From NCBI GenBank assembly GCA_963666425.2, contig OY762825.2:2016001-2080000 (forward strand): DNA of 64,000 nt. Direction: 5' to 3'. Both the position numbers and the translations under genes were made by a program. This DNA comes from Bacillota bacterium (GTDB taxonomy: Bacteria; Bacillota; JAAYKD01). How positions within the stretch are numbered: the first letter of the stretch is position 1; each line of letters starts with the position of its first letter. Shown here piece after piece: positions 38,928-50,188 of the stretch. The notes under the pieces are model-generated. The model did not search any database and was not told the origin of the DNA. It saw only the letters and a list, made by a program, of their open reading frames with translations.

Positions 38928-39977
38928 ATGATGTACAGCAATAATACAATTGCTGTTCCACCGGGGGCTACAATCCGGGAACAACTCGAAAATCGAGGTA
39001 TGAAGCAGAAAGAATTTGCTTCTCGCATGGGATTATCCGAGAAGCACATTAGCCGCTTGATCAATGGTCAGGTTGAATTGACTCAGGAAGTCGCGTTAAG
39101 GCTTGAGTCTGTTTTGGGTGTACCGGCGGGCTTTTGGAACAATCTCGAAGCCATCTACAGAGAAAAACTGGCTCGCGTTATTGCGGAAAATGAATTGGCT
39201 CAAGATGTGGAACTTGCGGAAAAATTCCCCTATGCAAAAATTGCAGCTTTAGGATGGGTTGCAGCAACAAGAAAGGCAGAAGAAAAAGCGATACATTTAA
39301 GAGCCTTCTTTGAAGTGGCAAAACTGGAATTGTTGGAAAATTTAAGAATACCGGGCATTGTTTACCGAAAAGCAGGTGCGAATGAAGCATCTGACTATAG
39401 CCTTGCAATATGGGCACAGAAAGCAAGAATTGAAGCAAGGCAATATGAAACGGCAGCAATCAATATCAGCAAGTTGGAATTGGAATTGCCTCGCATCCGC
39501 GAGATGACACGAACTACTCCTGATGTATTTTGCAGCGAACTCATCAATTTATTTACGCAATGTGGGGTTGCTTTGGTGCTTTTGCCGCATATTGGAGGTT
39601 CTTTTCTAGATGGAGCCACCTTTTATGATGGCAACCGCATCGTTATGGGATTAACAGTTCGTGGTAAAGATGCAGATAAGTTTTGGTTTAGCCTTTTTCA
39701 TGAAGTGGGTCACATTGTTTTAGGGCATATAGGTGCGTTAGAGGAAGATAAGCAGCAGCAGGAAATTGCAGCGAATGTTTTTGCAGCAAATATGCTCATA
39801 CCGCCAGAGCTCTATCAAGAATTTACAGATTCGCATGAATTTACAGAGGATTCTATTCTTGCGTTTGCACAAAAGATTGAAATCGCACCCGGAGTTGTTT
39901 TAGGACGACTTCAAAAAGAAGGCTATGTTCCATACAATAAAATGAATACCTTGAAAGCGAAATATGAAATAGTGTAA
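38928..39977 (+). CDS. higA: HigA antitoxin, HTH fused to ImmA/IrrE metallopeptidase domain
   Basis: AVPPGATIRE, FWNNLE, FWFSLFHEVGH (HExxH). Confidence 0.9.
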   Translation: MMYSNNTIAVPPGATIREQLENRGMKQKEFASRMGLSEKHISRLINGQVELTQEVALRLESVLGVPAGFWNNLEAIYREKLARVIAENELAQDVELAEKFPYAKIAALGWVAATRKAEEKAIHLRAFFEVAKLELLENLRIPGIVYRKAGANEASDYSLAIWAQKARIEARQYETAAINISKLELELPRIREMTRTTPDVFCSELINLFTQCGVALVLLPHIGGSFLDGATFYDGNRIVMGLTVRGKDADKFWFSLFHEVGHIVLGHIGALEEDKQQQEIAANVFAANMLIPPELYQEFTDSHEFTEDSILAFAQKIEIAPGVVLGRLQKEGYVPYNKMNTLKAKYEIV

Positions 39978-40042
39978 TACTGTGTTTTTTCTAGACAAAG
40001 CCGCAGTCTGCGCTTGGTTTTTTTTGAAAGAGGTGACTGACC

Positions 40043-41866
40043 ATGCCCGATAATTTAGTCTTAAAATCCATCAACCGGCTGCTGGGAGAGGATTTCTTTA
40101 TTCCTGCTTATCAACGCGGTTACCGCTGGACCGAACAGCAGGTGCTGGATCTCCTGGATGATATCTGGGCCTTCCGCTGTAAAAGCCGCAGCACAACCGA
40201 GGCGGAATTTTATTGTCTGCAGCCCATTGTTGTAAAAAAGAAAAGCTGGCAGGAAAGCGGCAAGCGGCTGCAGGGCTGGGAAGTCATCGACGGCCAACAG
40301 CGGCTGACCACGCTTTATATCATTCTGTATTACATCAGCAAGGAATATCTGCATACCGACAGCCTGCAGGCGCACTACGGCAGGAACAGTTTTACGCTGC
40401 GCTATGAAACCAGAAAGCAAAGCGAGCAATTTTTGCGGGAGATCCACGACGATACCTCCAATATCGATTTTTATTACATGTCCAAAGCCTATCGGGTGAT
40501 CAAGGATTGGTTCAGCAATGCTCAAAACATGAAAGACCGCAGCGACCGCGAGAATTTTCTCAGTACCATTCTGGGCAAAGAAGAAGACCGCTTCTCGGTG
40601 CAGATTATCTGGTATGAGGCGGAACCGCAGGCGGATGGCAAGGAACTCTTCACGCGGCTGAATATGGGTAAGATTCCGCTGACCAATTCGGAGCTGATCA
40701 AGGCCTTATTTTTATCTTCTTCCGGTTTCGATGACGAAGCCTTTGACGAAGCGGAAAAACAGAAATTAAAGAATGAAATCGCGCTGCTCTGGGACGAAAT
40801 GGAACTGCGCCTGGCCGATCCGGACTTTTGGGCTTTCATCAGCAATGAGCCGCAGTCGAATTATGCCAATAAGATCGAGCTGCTCTTTGACATGATGGCC
40901 AAGAAAAAGAAGCGGGAATTCGATCCGCTCTTTACTTTTATCCATTTATACCAGCGCGTCAAAGCAAAGGATCAATCGTTAAGGAAATTGTGGTTTTCCA
41001 TTGAACAATACGACCAGACCTTGTGCGAATGGTATAAAAATAAAAATCTTTATCATAAAGTCGGCTATCTGATCCATGTCGGTGAAAATTTGGACGATTT
41101 GATCGCCGCCTCGCTGCAAACCAGAAAAGATAAGTTTGAAAGCAAGTTGGACGCCATGATCCGCGAGAAAGTCAATTTTCAGCTGGCCGATTTAAGCTAC
41201 GAAGAAAACGCCGATTATGAGAAGATTACGCGCGTGCTGCTGCTGTTCAATGTGGAGTCTATTCGCAGCAACGCCAGTATTGCGGAAAAATATCCCTTCC
41301 GTTTTCATAAATCTACCCGCTGGAGTCTCGAGCATATCCATGCGCAGAATTCCGAGGGGCTCGATCGCAATAAGAAAGAACAATGGCAGACCTGGCTGAA
41401 TTATCATCTTACCCTGATGGAAGAAATCAAAAAAAGCCAGAGCAAAGAACGCCGCCAAAAGTTGGAAGAGCTGATCACAGAAGCCAAAGCCCTGGATCGC
41501 AGCCGCTTAACCTGGGAAAAATTCAGCGCCGTCTCGGAGCGGATCATCGAACTCTTCTCCAAAACCAGCGGCGAAGCGAGCGATGACATGCACAGTATTG
41601 CGAACTTAGCGCTGCTCAGCCAGCCGGACAACAATGTGCTGAACAATTCTGTTTTTGAAGTCAAGCGCCGGGCAATCATCAAACTGGATAAAGAGGGGAA
41701 ATACATCCCCATCTGCACCCGAAGAGTCTTCCTCAAGTATTATAACCCCTTGTCTTTTGCAGAACAGTTCTATTTTTGGAGTCATGACGACCGGGTCAAT
41801 TATCTGCAGGAAATAAAAACAGTGCTGCAGGCTTATTTGCCGCAGCAAGAGCCGGCGGAGGAGTAG
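40043..41866 (+). CDS. GmrSD-like DUF262 plus DUF1524/HNH protein
   Basis: YQRGYRW, DGQQRLTT, FTRLNMGK; EHIHAQ...NLALL...N. Confidence 0.88.
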   Translation: MPDNLVLKSINRLLGEDFFIPAYQRGYRWTEQQVLDLLDDIWAFRCKSRSTTEAEFYCLQPIVVKKKSWQESGKRLQGWEVIDGQQRLTTLYIILYYISKEYLHTDSLQAHYGRNSFTLRYETRKQSEQFLREIHDDTSNIDFYYMSKAYRVIKDWFSNAQNMKDRSDRENFLSTILGKEEDRFSVQIIWYEAEPQADGKELFTRLNMGKIPLTNSELIKALFLSSSGFDDEAFDEAEKQKLKNEIALLWDEMELRLADPDFWAFISNEPQSNYANKIELLFDMMAKKKKREFDPLFTFIHLYQRVKAKDQSLRKLWFSIEQYDQTLCEWYKNKNLYHKVGYLIHVGENLDDLIAASLQTRKDKFESKLDAMIREKVNFQLADLSYEENADYEKITRVLLLFNVESIRSNASIAEKYPFRFHKSTRWSLEHIHAQNSEGLDRNKKEQWQTWLNYHLTLMEEIKKSQSKERRQKLEELITEAKALDRSRLTWEKFSAVSERIIELFSKTSGEASDDMHSIANLALLSQPDNNVLNNSVFEVKRRAIIKLDKEGKYIPICTRRVFLKYYNPLSFAEQFYFWSHDDRVNYLQEIKTVLQAYLPQQEPAEE

Positions 41867-41868
41867 AG

Positions 41869-44097
41869 ATGGCGACGAGTTTTTGGCAGCTGATTCAAAC
41901 GCATAAAATCGTGATCCCCAAACTGCAGCGCGATTACGCCCAGGGCCGCGATTCCAGCAAGATCGCCGCGATTCGGGAAAATATCCTGACTGCGATTTGT
42001 GATGCCCTGCAAGGCAAGACAAAACCGCTGGAATTGGATTTTATTTACGGCTATACCAATCAAAGCAAAAACGGTGAGAAGGAGCGTAAAATCTTTTATC
42101 CGTTGGACGGACAACAGCGCTTAACCACCTTATTTTTGCTGCACTGGTATATCGCAGCCAAAGAAGGTTATGGCGAGGTTGCCGCTCCTGTTTTAGCAAA
42201 ATTCACTTACGAAACCAGGCACAGCTCCGGTTTGTTTTGTTCCGAATTGGTTAATTATCAGCCGCAGAGTTTTTCGGAATCGATCCGCAGCGATATCATC
42301 AATCAGCCCTGGTTTTTTACTGCCTGGGAAAATGATCCGACCATCCGCTCGATGTTGATCATGCTGGATGCAATTCAGATAAAAGTGTCCGCCTATCATT
42401 TGGCTAAGGTATGGCCTTTGCTGACCGCGGCCAAAGCGCCGGTTTTCTTCTATTTGCTGCCCATGGAGCAGCTCGGTCTGCCGGATGATTTATACATTAA
42501 AATGAATTCTCGGGGCAAAGAACTGACCGAGTTTGAATATTTCAAGATTCGCTTCGCCGAGCTGCTCAGCCAAAACAGCAAGAAATTTACGGTGGACCCG
42601 GCGAAAACCTTCACGCGCAAAGCGGATTTGGATTGGTCCGATTTATTTTGGAACCTCTACCGACAGGACGAACTGACGGACATTGCCAAGCAAGTGGATG
42701 AGGGTTTTCTGCGCTTTTTTCGCTACATCACCGATCTCATCGTAGTAAAAAGCAACCGAAGCCAAGAAGAGAGCGCGGAGGAGTGGCAGCTTTTTGCGCA
42801 AGTTTATGCCGTCAAAGAGAATGTGGAGTTTCTTTTTGCCGTGCTGGATGCTTTTGTGGCCCTGGAGCAACGGGATCCGGTCTTTTTCACCTCGCTGTTC
42901 ACGGTGGAAACCGCTGCGGAGGCAGGCGGCAAGACGCGCTTGTTCTTTTTCAATGCCGATGCCAATTTGTTGAAGAAGTGCGCCAATGTCTACGATACCG
43001 AGGAGCGCAGCAATCCCTTTTCCATGGGAGAGCAGCTGATGCTTTATGGCTGTATCGTTCACCTGCTGCAGGCGACGGTGCAATTCAAAGTCAGAATTCG
43101 TAAGCTGCGCAATCTGATTGCCAATTCCGAGGATACCATGCGCAAGGAGAACCTGGCGGCGCTGCTCAATTCCGTTGCCGAGTTGATCAGCACCGATCAT
43201 TTATCGGCAGAGACGAAATTCAATACCCGGCAGATTGCCGAGGAGAATGAGAAGGCAACCCTGATCAAGCAGCATCCCAAGTTGGCGAAACAGGTTTCTC
43301 ATTTGGAGGATCATCCTTTGCTGCAGGGTGCACTGGCGATTTTTAAGTTGGCGCCCGATCTCGGCGAATATGCCAAACAATTCGAGCGGCTTTTTGCCAG
43401 GGACTGCAATTATGATACCATCAGCTGCGCGCTGCTCACGTTTGCCGATTATTCGCAGGCGGTCGGTAAAACCAGAAGATTCGGCAATAAAAGAGAGTAT
43501 GTCTGGCGTGAATTATTCAGCCGCAGCCAAAGACGCGGCGATTATGAAAACACCCAGAAGGTGCTCTACAAACTGCTGAATGCCCTGCGGGCGAACCCTA
43601 ACCTGACAGCGGAAGAAGTGGTGAACGCCTATCTGGCTGCTTTTGCGCAGAATCCCAAAAAAGAGAAAGACTGGCGCTATTACTTTATTAAGCACAGCGA
43701 GTTCAGGTCCTTTATGGAGGGTTACTATGCCTGGAACGATGCCGCTAAACCTTATGAGTGCATGATGCTGAACAAGAAAACCATGGATGGCAGTCATTGG
43801 GATCCGTTCCTGTTGACGATGAAAAATAAACTGGGCAGTCTGGTCACGCTGGACAAGAAAGCTTCTCCCTTAAAGTATCTGAAAGGCGAGATCGAGCTGC
43901 AGATCAGCAATCTGAATGGCGGTTTCCAATTGCAGGCCGTCGGGCCGGCTAGCCATGCCCTGCTGAAAAAAATGAGCCGCTCCGGTGTGCTTACGCCAGA
44001 ATTTTTCTGTAAGATCAAACAATCCGCCGCCGGTCTGGACGAAGAAGACAGAATTGAGAAAGGCATCCGCCTGATCGAAAGTCTGAAGAAATTGTAA
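41869..44097 (+). CDS. Second DUF262-domain protein
   Basis: QRDYAQGR, LDGQQRLTT, YIKMNSRGKEL; no clear HNH motif seen. Confidence 0.85.
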   Translation: MATSFWQLIQTHKIVIPKLQRDYAQGRDSSKIAAIRENILTAICDALQGKTKPLELDFIYGYTNQSKNGEKERKIFYPLDGQQRLTTLFLLHWYIAAKEGYGEVAAPVLAKFTYETRHSSGLFCSELVNYQPQSFSESIRSDIINQPWFFTAWENDPTIRSMLIMLDAIQIKVSAYHLAKVWPLLTAAKAPVFFYLLPMEQLGLPDDLYIKMNSRGKELTEFEYFKIRFAELLSQNSKKFTVDPAKTFTRKADLDWSDLFWNLYRQDELTDIAKQVDEGFLRFFRYITDLIVVKSNRSQEESAEEWQLFAQVYAVKENVEFLFAVLDAFVALEQRDPVFFTSLFTVETAAEAGGKTRLFFFNADANLLKKCANVYDTEERSNPFSMGEQLMLYGCIVHLLQATVQFKVRIRKLRNLIANSEDTMRKENLAALLNSVAELISTDHLSAETKFNTRQIAEENEKATLIKQHPKLAKQVSHLEDHPLLQGALAIFKLAPDLGEYAKQFERLFARDCNYDTISCALLTFADYSQAVGKTRRFGNKREYVWRELFSRSQRRGDYENTQKVLYKLLNALRANPNLTAEEVVNAYLAAFAQNPKKEKDWRYYFIKHSEFRSFMEGYYAWNDAAKPYECMMLNKKTMDGSHWDPFLLTMKNKLGSLVTLDKKASPLKYLKGEIELQISNLNGGFQLQAVGPASHALLKKMSRSGVLTPEFFCKIKQSAAGLDEEDRIEKGIRLIESLKKL

Positions 44098-44173
44098 AAA
44101 AGTGCAAGTCCTTTTTTTAAAGAACATTGCTTGCTCTTGAGATGGATCGCTCTGTAAAGAAGGTGAAGATCGT

Positions 44174-44650
44174 ATGGAAAAAACCAATGTCATGCGTTTG
44201 CTGGAGGCAAATAAGGTAGAATATACCCCGTATGAATACGACGCGGAGCTCACCGACGGAGAACAGGTGGCGGCTGCCGTCGGCAAAGAGCCGGAAACGG
44301 TTTTTAAAACATTAGTGACCATCGGCAGCAACAAGCAGTATTATGTTTTTGTGATTCCGGTAAATTGCACGCTCAACCTAAAAAAAGCGGCCAAAGCGGT
44401 GAAGGTGAAGAGCATTGAAATGATCAAGCAAAAAGAGCTCTTACCGTTGACCGGCTATCTGCATGGCGGTTGTTCTCCGCTTGGCATGAAAAAAGTGTTT
44501 GAGACCGTGTTGGATGAAACCGCTTGTTTGTTCGAGACGATTACCTGCAGCGCCGGGAAAAAGGGAACTCAAGTGCAATTGGCTCCGCAGGATTTGCTGC
44601 AAATGGTCAAGGGCAAATATGACGATCTCATCGAATCGCCTCAGACTTAA
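44174..44650 (+). CDS. ybaK: Cys-tRNA(Pro) deacylase YbaK/EbsC
   Basis: KTNVMRLL, VFKTLV, TGYLHGGCSPLGMKK, SAGKKG. Confidence 0.93.
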   Translation: MEKTNVMRLLEANKVEYTPYEYDAELTDGEQVAAAVGKEPETVFKTLVTIGSNKQYYVFVIPVNCTLNLKKAAKAVKVKSIEMIKQKELLPLTGYLHGGCSPLGMKKVFETVLDETACLFETITCSAGKKGTQVQLAPQDLLQMVKGKYDDLIESPQT

Positions 44651-44711
44651 AAAAACCGACTGCCTTTTGTGAAAAGTCACAAGAGACAGTCGGTTTGCTG
44701 AGCGGGAGGAT

Positions 44712-45299
44712 TTAATAAATAGCGATCAGACCGCCTTTTTCCGGATAGCCGGTATCCCAAAGGTCGGACAGAGAAGCCAGACAGCGCTCACCCCAGGTGG
44801 AATAAACGATCTCCTCATCCGTGTAGCCGGTGATGGTGAACCAGTGCCATTCAATTTCCGAAAATGCTTCGTTCTGGTGCTTCAGCAGCAGAAATTGCAC
44901 ACTGATGCCGTTATCAATCATCTGATGGATGAATTGGCGGGCAGCATCGAGGCTTTCGTCTCCCTGCAGTTCGGCATAGGAGACCTTGACGGCGACGTTT
45001 TGGGCATATTTTTCAAAACCTTCCCGGAAAAGCCGGGTTTCCGGCATACCGCGAAAGCCCGGGAAGACATATTGATACATCGTTTTGGCAAAGACCTTGA
45101 ATTCTGTTTCTGTTATGTTCAGCCTATCGTAGGGGTAAAGGGCGGCTTTCGTCCGGTCGTGCATCGCCAGTAAGGCGGCGGCATGGCAGGCGCAGACGGT
45201 GGAACAACCGCCGCGGTTCATCATGGGGTGTAGAAATTTATATTGATTGCCACCGTAGGTGTTGCTAATATTTAAAAAATCCAGGTCTTTGCCGTTCAT
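44712..45299 (-). CDS. Hypothetical protein, papain/C39-like fold possible
   Basis: GGNQ..GGC, WHWFTITGY, STWG pattern. Confidence 0.6.
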   Translation of the reverse strand: MNGKDLDFLNISNTYGGNQYKFLHPMMNRGGCSTVCACHAAALLAMHDRTKAALYPYDRLNITETEFKVFAKTMYQYVFPGFRGMPETRLFREGFEKYAQNVAVKVSYAELQGDESLDAARQFIHQMIDNGISVQFLLLKHQNEAFSEIEWHWFTITGYTDEEIVYSTWGERCLASLSDLWDTGYPEKGGLIAIY

Positions 45300-45850
45300 T
45301 TTTTCTCCTCTGCTGTATCGAAACAAGATTCTCTGAAAGAACACAAGTATTCCTGAAAAGCTTTCGCCGTTCAGTCAAACATTTTGATAGACGACATTCA
45401 TTATAAAAGAAAATGTGAGAATCAGCAAGAGGTAAGATCAAATCATTTTGTAATATTTTCATACTGGAAATATTCCTGTTATTCCGCTCAAGCCAGGGGT
45501 TACTATGACCATAAACGGGATCGTTGCAGAGTAGAAAGAGATATTCTACAGAATCTGTAAGTTCCGGAACCTGGGATGAAAGACAAGAAAAAATCGCCTC
45601 AACGTGCAATGAAATCACGATGAGACAATTCCAATTAGTTTTTTATTGCATTGCACCAGAACGATTTATTCTTGATCTTTTAATTCAAGTAACGGAAGTC
45701 AAGCAAGTCTTTACTCCCCTAATTTGAAGGGCTGTAGCAAAACCAAAAATTGCTGCAGCCCTCGCATTAGAACCTGCTCTTACGGCGGCAGGGCACTGAA
45801 TATTACCAAATTAACAGACCGATCTAAAAAGTAAAGCTCCCTGTAAGGAT

Positions 45851-46036
45851 CTATTTATCCTCAGAAGGTGGAGATGTAAAAAAATAACAGAACAAGAATC
45901 CTAATGGACCAGATAGGGACAATAGGATAAGAGTGATTGGATTTTTAATCTTACTGACTCTTGTTGCTTGTAAAAAAGCAAATATTCCGAAAACAATCCA
46001 AATAGTGAATCCGGTGAGGGTATCTTCTAATGACAT
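45851..46036 (-). CDS. Small two-TM hypothetical protein
   Basis: AAGGAGG RBS, two hydrophobic segments. Confidence 0.55.
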   Translation of the reverse strand: MSLEDTLTGFTIWIVFGIFAFLQATRVSKIKNPITLILLSLSGPLGFLFCYFFTSPPSEDK

Positions 46037-46467
46037 AATAGCTGCTTCCTCCTTTCTGCTTTTTTCGGTATTCTATTTTTATATTTATATGTTTTTGTGC
46101 CATCCGTGACACAGATTTGCTATCTAGTTTCACTGACTCGCCCGGTAGTTCAGGTGGTAAATCATGAGGAACAGACTTTGCTGCGAATCTCAAACCCTTC
46201 TCAATAATACAATAATTACCATAATTTCAATTATCTGTATCTTAGCACATAAAGTAAAAATTTCAAGTATTAATCAAAATAAATATAGATGGAGTTCAGT
46301 TAATTGGTATCTCTATGACGTGGATAGATATGAAATCTTCTTTCTTGTGATGTTTTTTGCACAAATGATAAAGTGTCGGTTTTTTACTGGTATCAGAATT
46401 CACTTTATAGTATAATCAGTAAAAAAGAAAAGCTGAAACTGGCTAGTTTTAGTTTAAGGGGGATTTT

Positions 46468-47193
46468 ATGATGAACAAATTTCGGATTGAACCGGCATTC
46501 TGGCAGCTATTCCCGCAATGTGAGATTGGTGTGGTAGTGCTGCATGGCATCAATAACAGCGAAGAAGGCTGTGAGCCTGTGCGTCCTGAGATGATCGAGC
46601 AGTTGGAAAAAGCGAACCTCGAAGCAAAAAAATATTTAACCGAAGCGGTGTTCAGCCAAAATCAAGTCGTGGCGGTTTGGCGCCAGGCGTTTACGCAGTT
46701 CAAAACTAAGAAAGGAGCCCGTTCTTCCATTGAAGCGCTCCTGAAACGCATCGAAAAAGGCAATGAAGTGGGTTTGATTAATCCCTTGGTTGATCTTTAT
46801 AACACGGTATCGCTGCGCTATGGTTTGCCCTGCGGCGGTGAGGATCTCGATTGCTTCGTCGGTGATTTACGCCTGACAGTCACAGCCGGCAACGATGTCT
46901 TTTTGGCGCTGGGTGATGAAGAGAGCGATCTAACCCTGCCGGGGGAAGTCTGCTATCTGGACGAGGAAGGCGCGGTCTGCCGCTGCTGGAATTGGCGCGA
47001 CGGTCAGCGCACGATGCTGACAGAAGACACGCAAAATGCCATTTTGGTGATTGAATCGGTCGATCCCAGCCGTCATCCGGATCTCTTGGCAGCAGTGGAT
47101 TTTCTGGCAAAGACAGCAGTGCAGTATTTGGGCGGCAAAGCTTCTACCAAGATTTTAACGCGGGAAGCTGCCGAATTTGATTTAGCCGATTAA
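46468..47193 (+). CDS. B3/4 domain protein (tRNA-editing-like)
   Basis: SSIEALLKR, INPLVDLYN.VS, GGED, CRCWNWRD. Confidence 0.9.
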   Translation: MMNKFRIEPAFWQLFPQCEIGVVVLHGINNSEEGCEPVRPEMIEQLEKANLEAKKYLTEAVFSQNQVVAVWRQAFTQFKTKKGARSSIEALLKRIEKGNEVGLINPLVDLYNTVSLRYGLPCGGEDLDCFVGDLRLTVTAGNDVFLALGDEESDLTLPGEVCYLDEEGAVCRCWNWRDGQRTMLTEDTQNAILVIESVDPSRHPDLLAAVDFLAKTAVQYLGGKASTKILTREAAEFDLAD

Positions 47194-47375
47194 ACCTGCA
47201 CGTGAAAAACACGAAAAATCCGAATGGTTCCGGACGGACGCTCTCTTTTCTTGAGGAGCGGCTGGTGGGAATTCGTCCGGATTTTTTTGTAGCCGAAAGG
47301 ATTTATTCCCTCAAACGACAAATAATAATAGTAGGTTTATTGCAAAGAATCTGTAGGAGAGAGGTGTTCTTGAAA

Positions 47376-48644
47376 ATGGAGATTCAAAAATTAGCGCAGG
47401 AACAATTTGATTACATGGTAAAACACCGGCGTCATCTGCATACCCATCCAGAGATGTCTGGCAAAGAATTCGAAACGGTTCAGTACATCATGCAAGAGCT
47501 GAGGGCTTTGCAGATTCCCTCCATTGAAGTAGAAAACGGCGGTGTGCTTGGTTTTATCAAAGGCACGCGCCTCGGTAAAACCGTTTTGCTGCGTGCCGAC
47601 GTGGATGCTTTGCCCATTCAGGAGCCAAAAGTCAACCTGAAGGCAGAACGGGTTTGCATCAGCCAGAATGACGGCGTGATGCATGCCTGCGGGCACGACG
47701 CACATACCTCCATGCTGCTGGGAGCAGCAAAAATTCTCAATCTGCATAGAGATGAGATCAAAGGTGAAGTCCTGCTCGTTTTTGAACGCGGCGAAGAAGC
47801 GGCCGGCAACATTCGTCAAATCATGCACTATATGGAAGATCACGAGATTACCTGGGACGGTGCCTGGGGTCTGCATTGCTTCCAGGATATGCCGACCGGC
47901 ACTCTGGGTATTCGCGCCGGCGGCAGCATGGCAGGTTCGCTTGTCTTCCGCTATAAGATCACCGGTGAAGGCGGTCACGGTTCCCGTCCGGATCTTTCCA
48001 AGAGCCCCATCGACTGCATGCTGGCGGTACTCGACGATTTATACAAAGCTCCCATGAAATATACCAATCCGTTTGAACCGTTTACCTTATCCATCGGTCT
48101 GATTCAAGCCGGAACGGTGCAAAATGTGATTCCCGATACGGCGGAATTTGCCGGTACGGCGCGTTTCTTTGACGAAGAGAAATCGGCGCTGCCTTTCTTA
48201 AAGCATATGGCCGAGAGCGCAGAAGCTTACAGCAAGCTCTATGACTGCAAGATCGATTATACGGTCCGGCATGGTAAGCCGCTGATTAATCAACCGGATG
48301 CAACCCGGCTTGCTTGGGATGCAATTTCGGCTGTCGTCGGCGCCGATCATGTGGTGGAAGGCATGCCCGCCATGGGTTCCGAAAGCTTCCCGGCTTACGC
48401 CAACTATGCGCCGGCTTGTTTCGGCAAACTGGGCATTGCCAATCCTGAAGTGGGCAGCGGTGCGGAGATTCATAACCAGTTCTTTGATATCGATGAGAAG
48501 GCCATGATCAACGGCGCGGCCGCTACCATCGCGTTTGCCTTAGCCTTTCTCAACAGTGAAACAGTCATCCCGTTCACACCTTTTGCCGGCAATGTGACCG
48601 ATTACTATGCCGAGAGTTTAAAAGAGGTGCATTTTGGTGAATAA
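47376..48644 (+). CDS. M20 family amidohydrolase
   Basis: HPEMSG.E, RADVDALP, MHACGHDAH, GEE, GGHGS. Confidence 0.92.
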   Translation: MEIQKLAQEQFDYMVKHRRHLHTHPEMSGKEFETVQYIMQELRALQIPSIEVENGGVLGFIKGTRLGKTVLLRADVDALPIQEPKVNLKAERVCISQNDGVMHACGHDAHTSMLLGAAKILNLHRDEIKGEVLLVFERGEEAAGNIRQIMHYMEDHEITWDGAWGLHCFQDMPTGTLGIRAGGSMAGSLVFRYKITGEGGHGSRPDLSKSPIDCMLAVLDDLYKAPMKYTNPFEPFTLSIGLIQAGTVQNVIPDTAEFAGTARFFDEEKSALPFLKHMAESAEAYSKLYDCKIDYTVRHGKPLINQPDATRLAWDAISAVVGADHVVEGMPAMGSESFPAYANYAPACFGKLGIANPEVGSGAEIHNQFFDIDEKAMINGAAATIAFALAFLNSETVIPFTPFAGNVTDYYAESLKEVHFGE

Positions 48645-50130
48645 CGCAACGCTACTGGCCCAATTTAAGCAATACCAGGAACAAATGGCTGCTTACAATT
48701 TCATGCGTTTTCACATCAGCTGGGACGCTTCTACCCGAGCACCGCAAGCCAGCGGTGCTTACCGCAGCAAGATGCTGGGGATTTTAAGCGGCGATCATTT
48801 TGCTTACTGCATGCAGCCGGCTATGATCAGTCTGCTGGAGACGGTCAGTCAGCTCAGCGATATCGATCCGCTGCTGCAAAAATCGGCTGCCAAGTATCTG
48901 CGCGAAACCAACAAAATCCGAAAAATCCCGCAGGCGGAGTTTGTGGCGCATCAGCAGGATCTGTCTTTGGCGTCTTCCGCCTGGGAAGAAGCGAAGAAAA
49001 CTAACAATTACGCCCTGTTTGCGCCTTATCTGGCTAAGTTGATCGAGTACGATAAACGCGTGGTGGAATACCGTGGTTACAGTGAGCATCCCTATAATAC
49101 GCTGCTGGATGATTACGAAGCAGGCATGACCATCACGAAATACGATGCTTTTTTCAATGCCCTGCGCGCCGAATTGGTGCCGTTTGCGAAAAAAGTCCAG
49201 GCAGAGGGCCGCAAGATCGACGACAGCCCGCTGTATCAGTTTTATCCCAAAGCCAAACAGCGCGAATTCTTAGTTTATCTGGCCGGCGTGCTGCGCTATG
49301 ATCTCAATCGCGGCGGCATCAGTCAATCGATGCATCCCTTTACCAGCGGCGCTTCGCGGGACGATGTGCGGATGACTGCGCGTTATCTGGAAAACTACTT
49401 GCCCGCTTCCATTTTCTTGGGTATGCATGAAATGGGACATGCTTTGCACGGGCAGCAGATTGATCCGCGCCTCGACGCGAGTAATTTGGATTTCGGCGGC
49501 TGCGGTCTGGGCGAATCACAGTCACGTTTTTATGAAAATTATATCGGCCGCAGCCACGCCTTTTGGCAGCGACACTTTGGCAAACTGCAGAATCTTTTCC
49601 CGGAACAGTTGGCAGACTTGAATCCCGATTCCTTCTGGTGTTTGGTCAATCGCAGCAAACCGGGCCTGATTCGCCTTGATGCCGATGAATTGACCTATCC
49701 GCTGCATATCATGGTGCGTTATGAACTGGAACGGGAAATTTTCTCCGGTGAGGTTGACGTTCGTCAGCTGCCGCAGAAGTGGAATGACAAAATGGAAGCC
49801 TATCTGGGCGTGCGTCCACAAACCGACAGCGAGGGCATCCTGCAGGATTCTCACTGGTCCGGCGGCAGTTTTGGTTATTTCCCCACCTACGCCCTGGGTA
49901 CCGCCTACGGCGCGCAATTTTACCATACCATGCTCAAATCGGTCGATCTGGAACGGGAAATTGCCAATGACCGCATGGAAAATGTCAATGCCTGGCTGAA
50001 AGAAGAGATCCATCAATATGGCGGTTTGCTTGAACCGGATGAATTGATGCAAAAAGTGACCGGCGAGTCGTTTGATCCCAAGTATTTCATTGAATACATC
50101 AAGGATAAATTCAGCAAAATTTATTTTTAA
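48637..50130 (+). CDS. Carboxypeptidase M32 (paralog 1)
   Basis: HPF, DVRMT, HEMGH, ESQSRF, ADELTYPLH, GYFPTYALG. Confidence 0.93.
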   Translation: MNNATLLAQFKQYQEQMAAYNFMRFHISWDASTRAPQASGAYRSKMLGILSGDHFAYCMQPAMISLLETVSQLSDIDPLLQKSAAKYLRETNKIRKIPQAEFVAHQQDLSLASSAWEEAKKTNNYALFAPYLAKLIEYDKRVVEYRGYSEHPYNTLLDDYEAGMTITKYDAFFNALRAELVPFAKKVQAEGRKIDDSPLYQFYPKAKQREFLVYLAGVLRYDLNRGGISQSMHPFTSGASRDDVRMTARYLENYLPASIFLGMHEMGHALHGQQIDPRLDASNLDFGGCGLGESQSRFYENYIGRSHAFWQRHFGKLQNLFPEQLADLNPDSFWCLVNRSKPGLIRLDADELTYPLHIMVRYELEREIFSGEVDVRQLPQKWNDKMEAYLGVRPQTDSEGILQDSHWSGGSFGYFPTYALGTAYGAQFYHTMLKSVDLEREIANDRMENVNAWLKEEIHQYGGLLEPDELMQKVTGESFDPKYFIEYIKDKFSKIYF

Positions 50131-50188
50131 GACAAAAGTCAAAGCGATTTTGCCAGAAAACAATCAAAAAGAAAGAGGTGCGTCAGAA

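Noticed and set aside
45951-46193. 80-aa minus-strand ORF as a peptide precursor
   Set aside because: No recognisable motif or modifying enzymes nearby; overlaps the better-supported small TM gene
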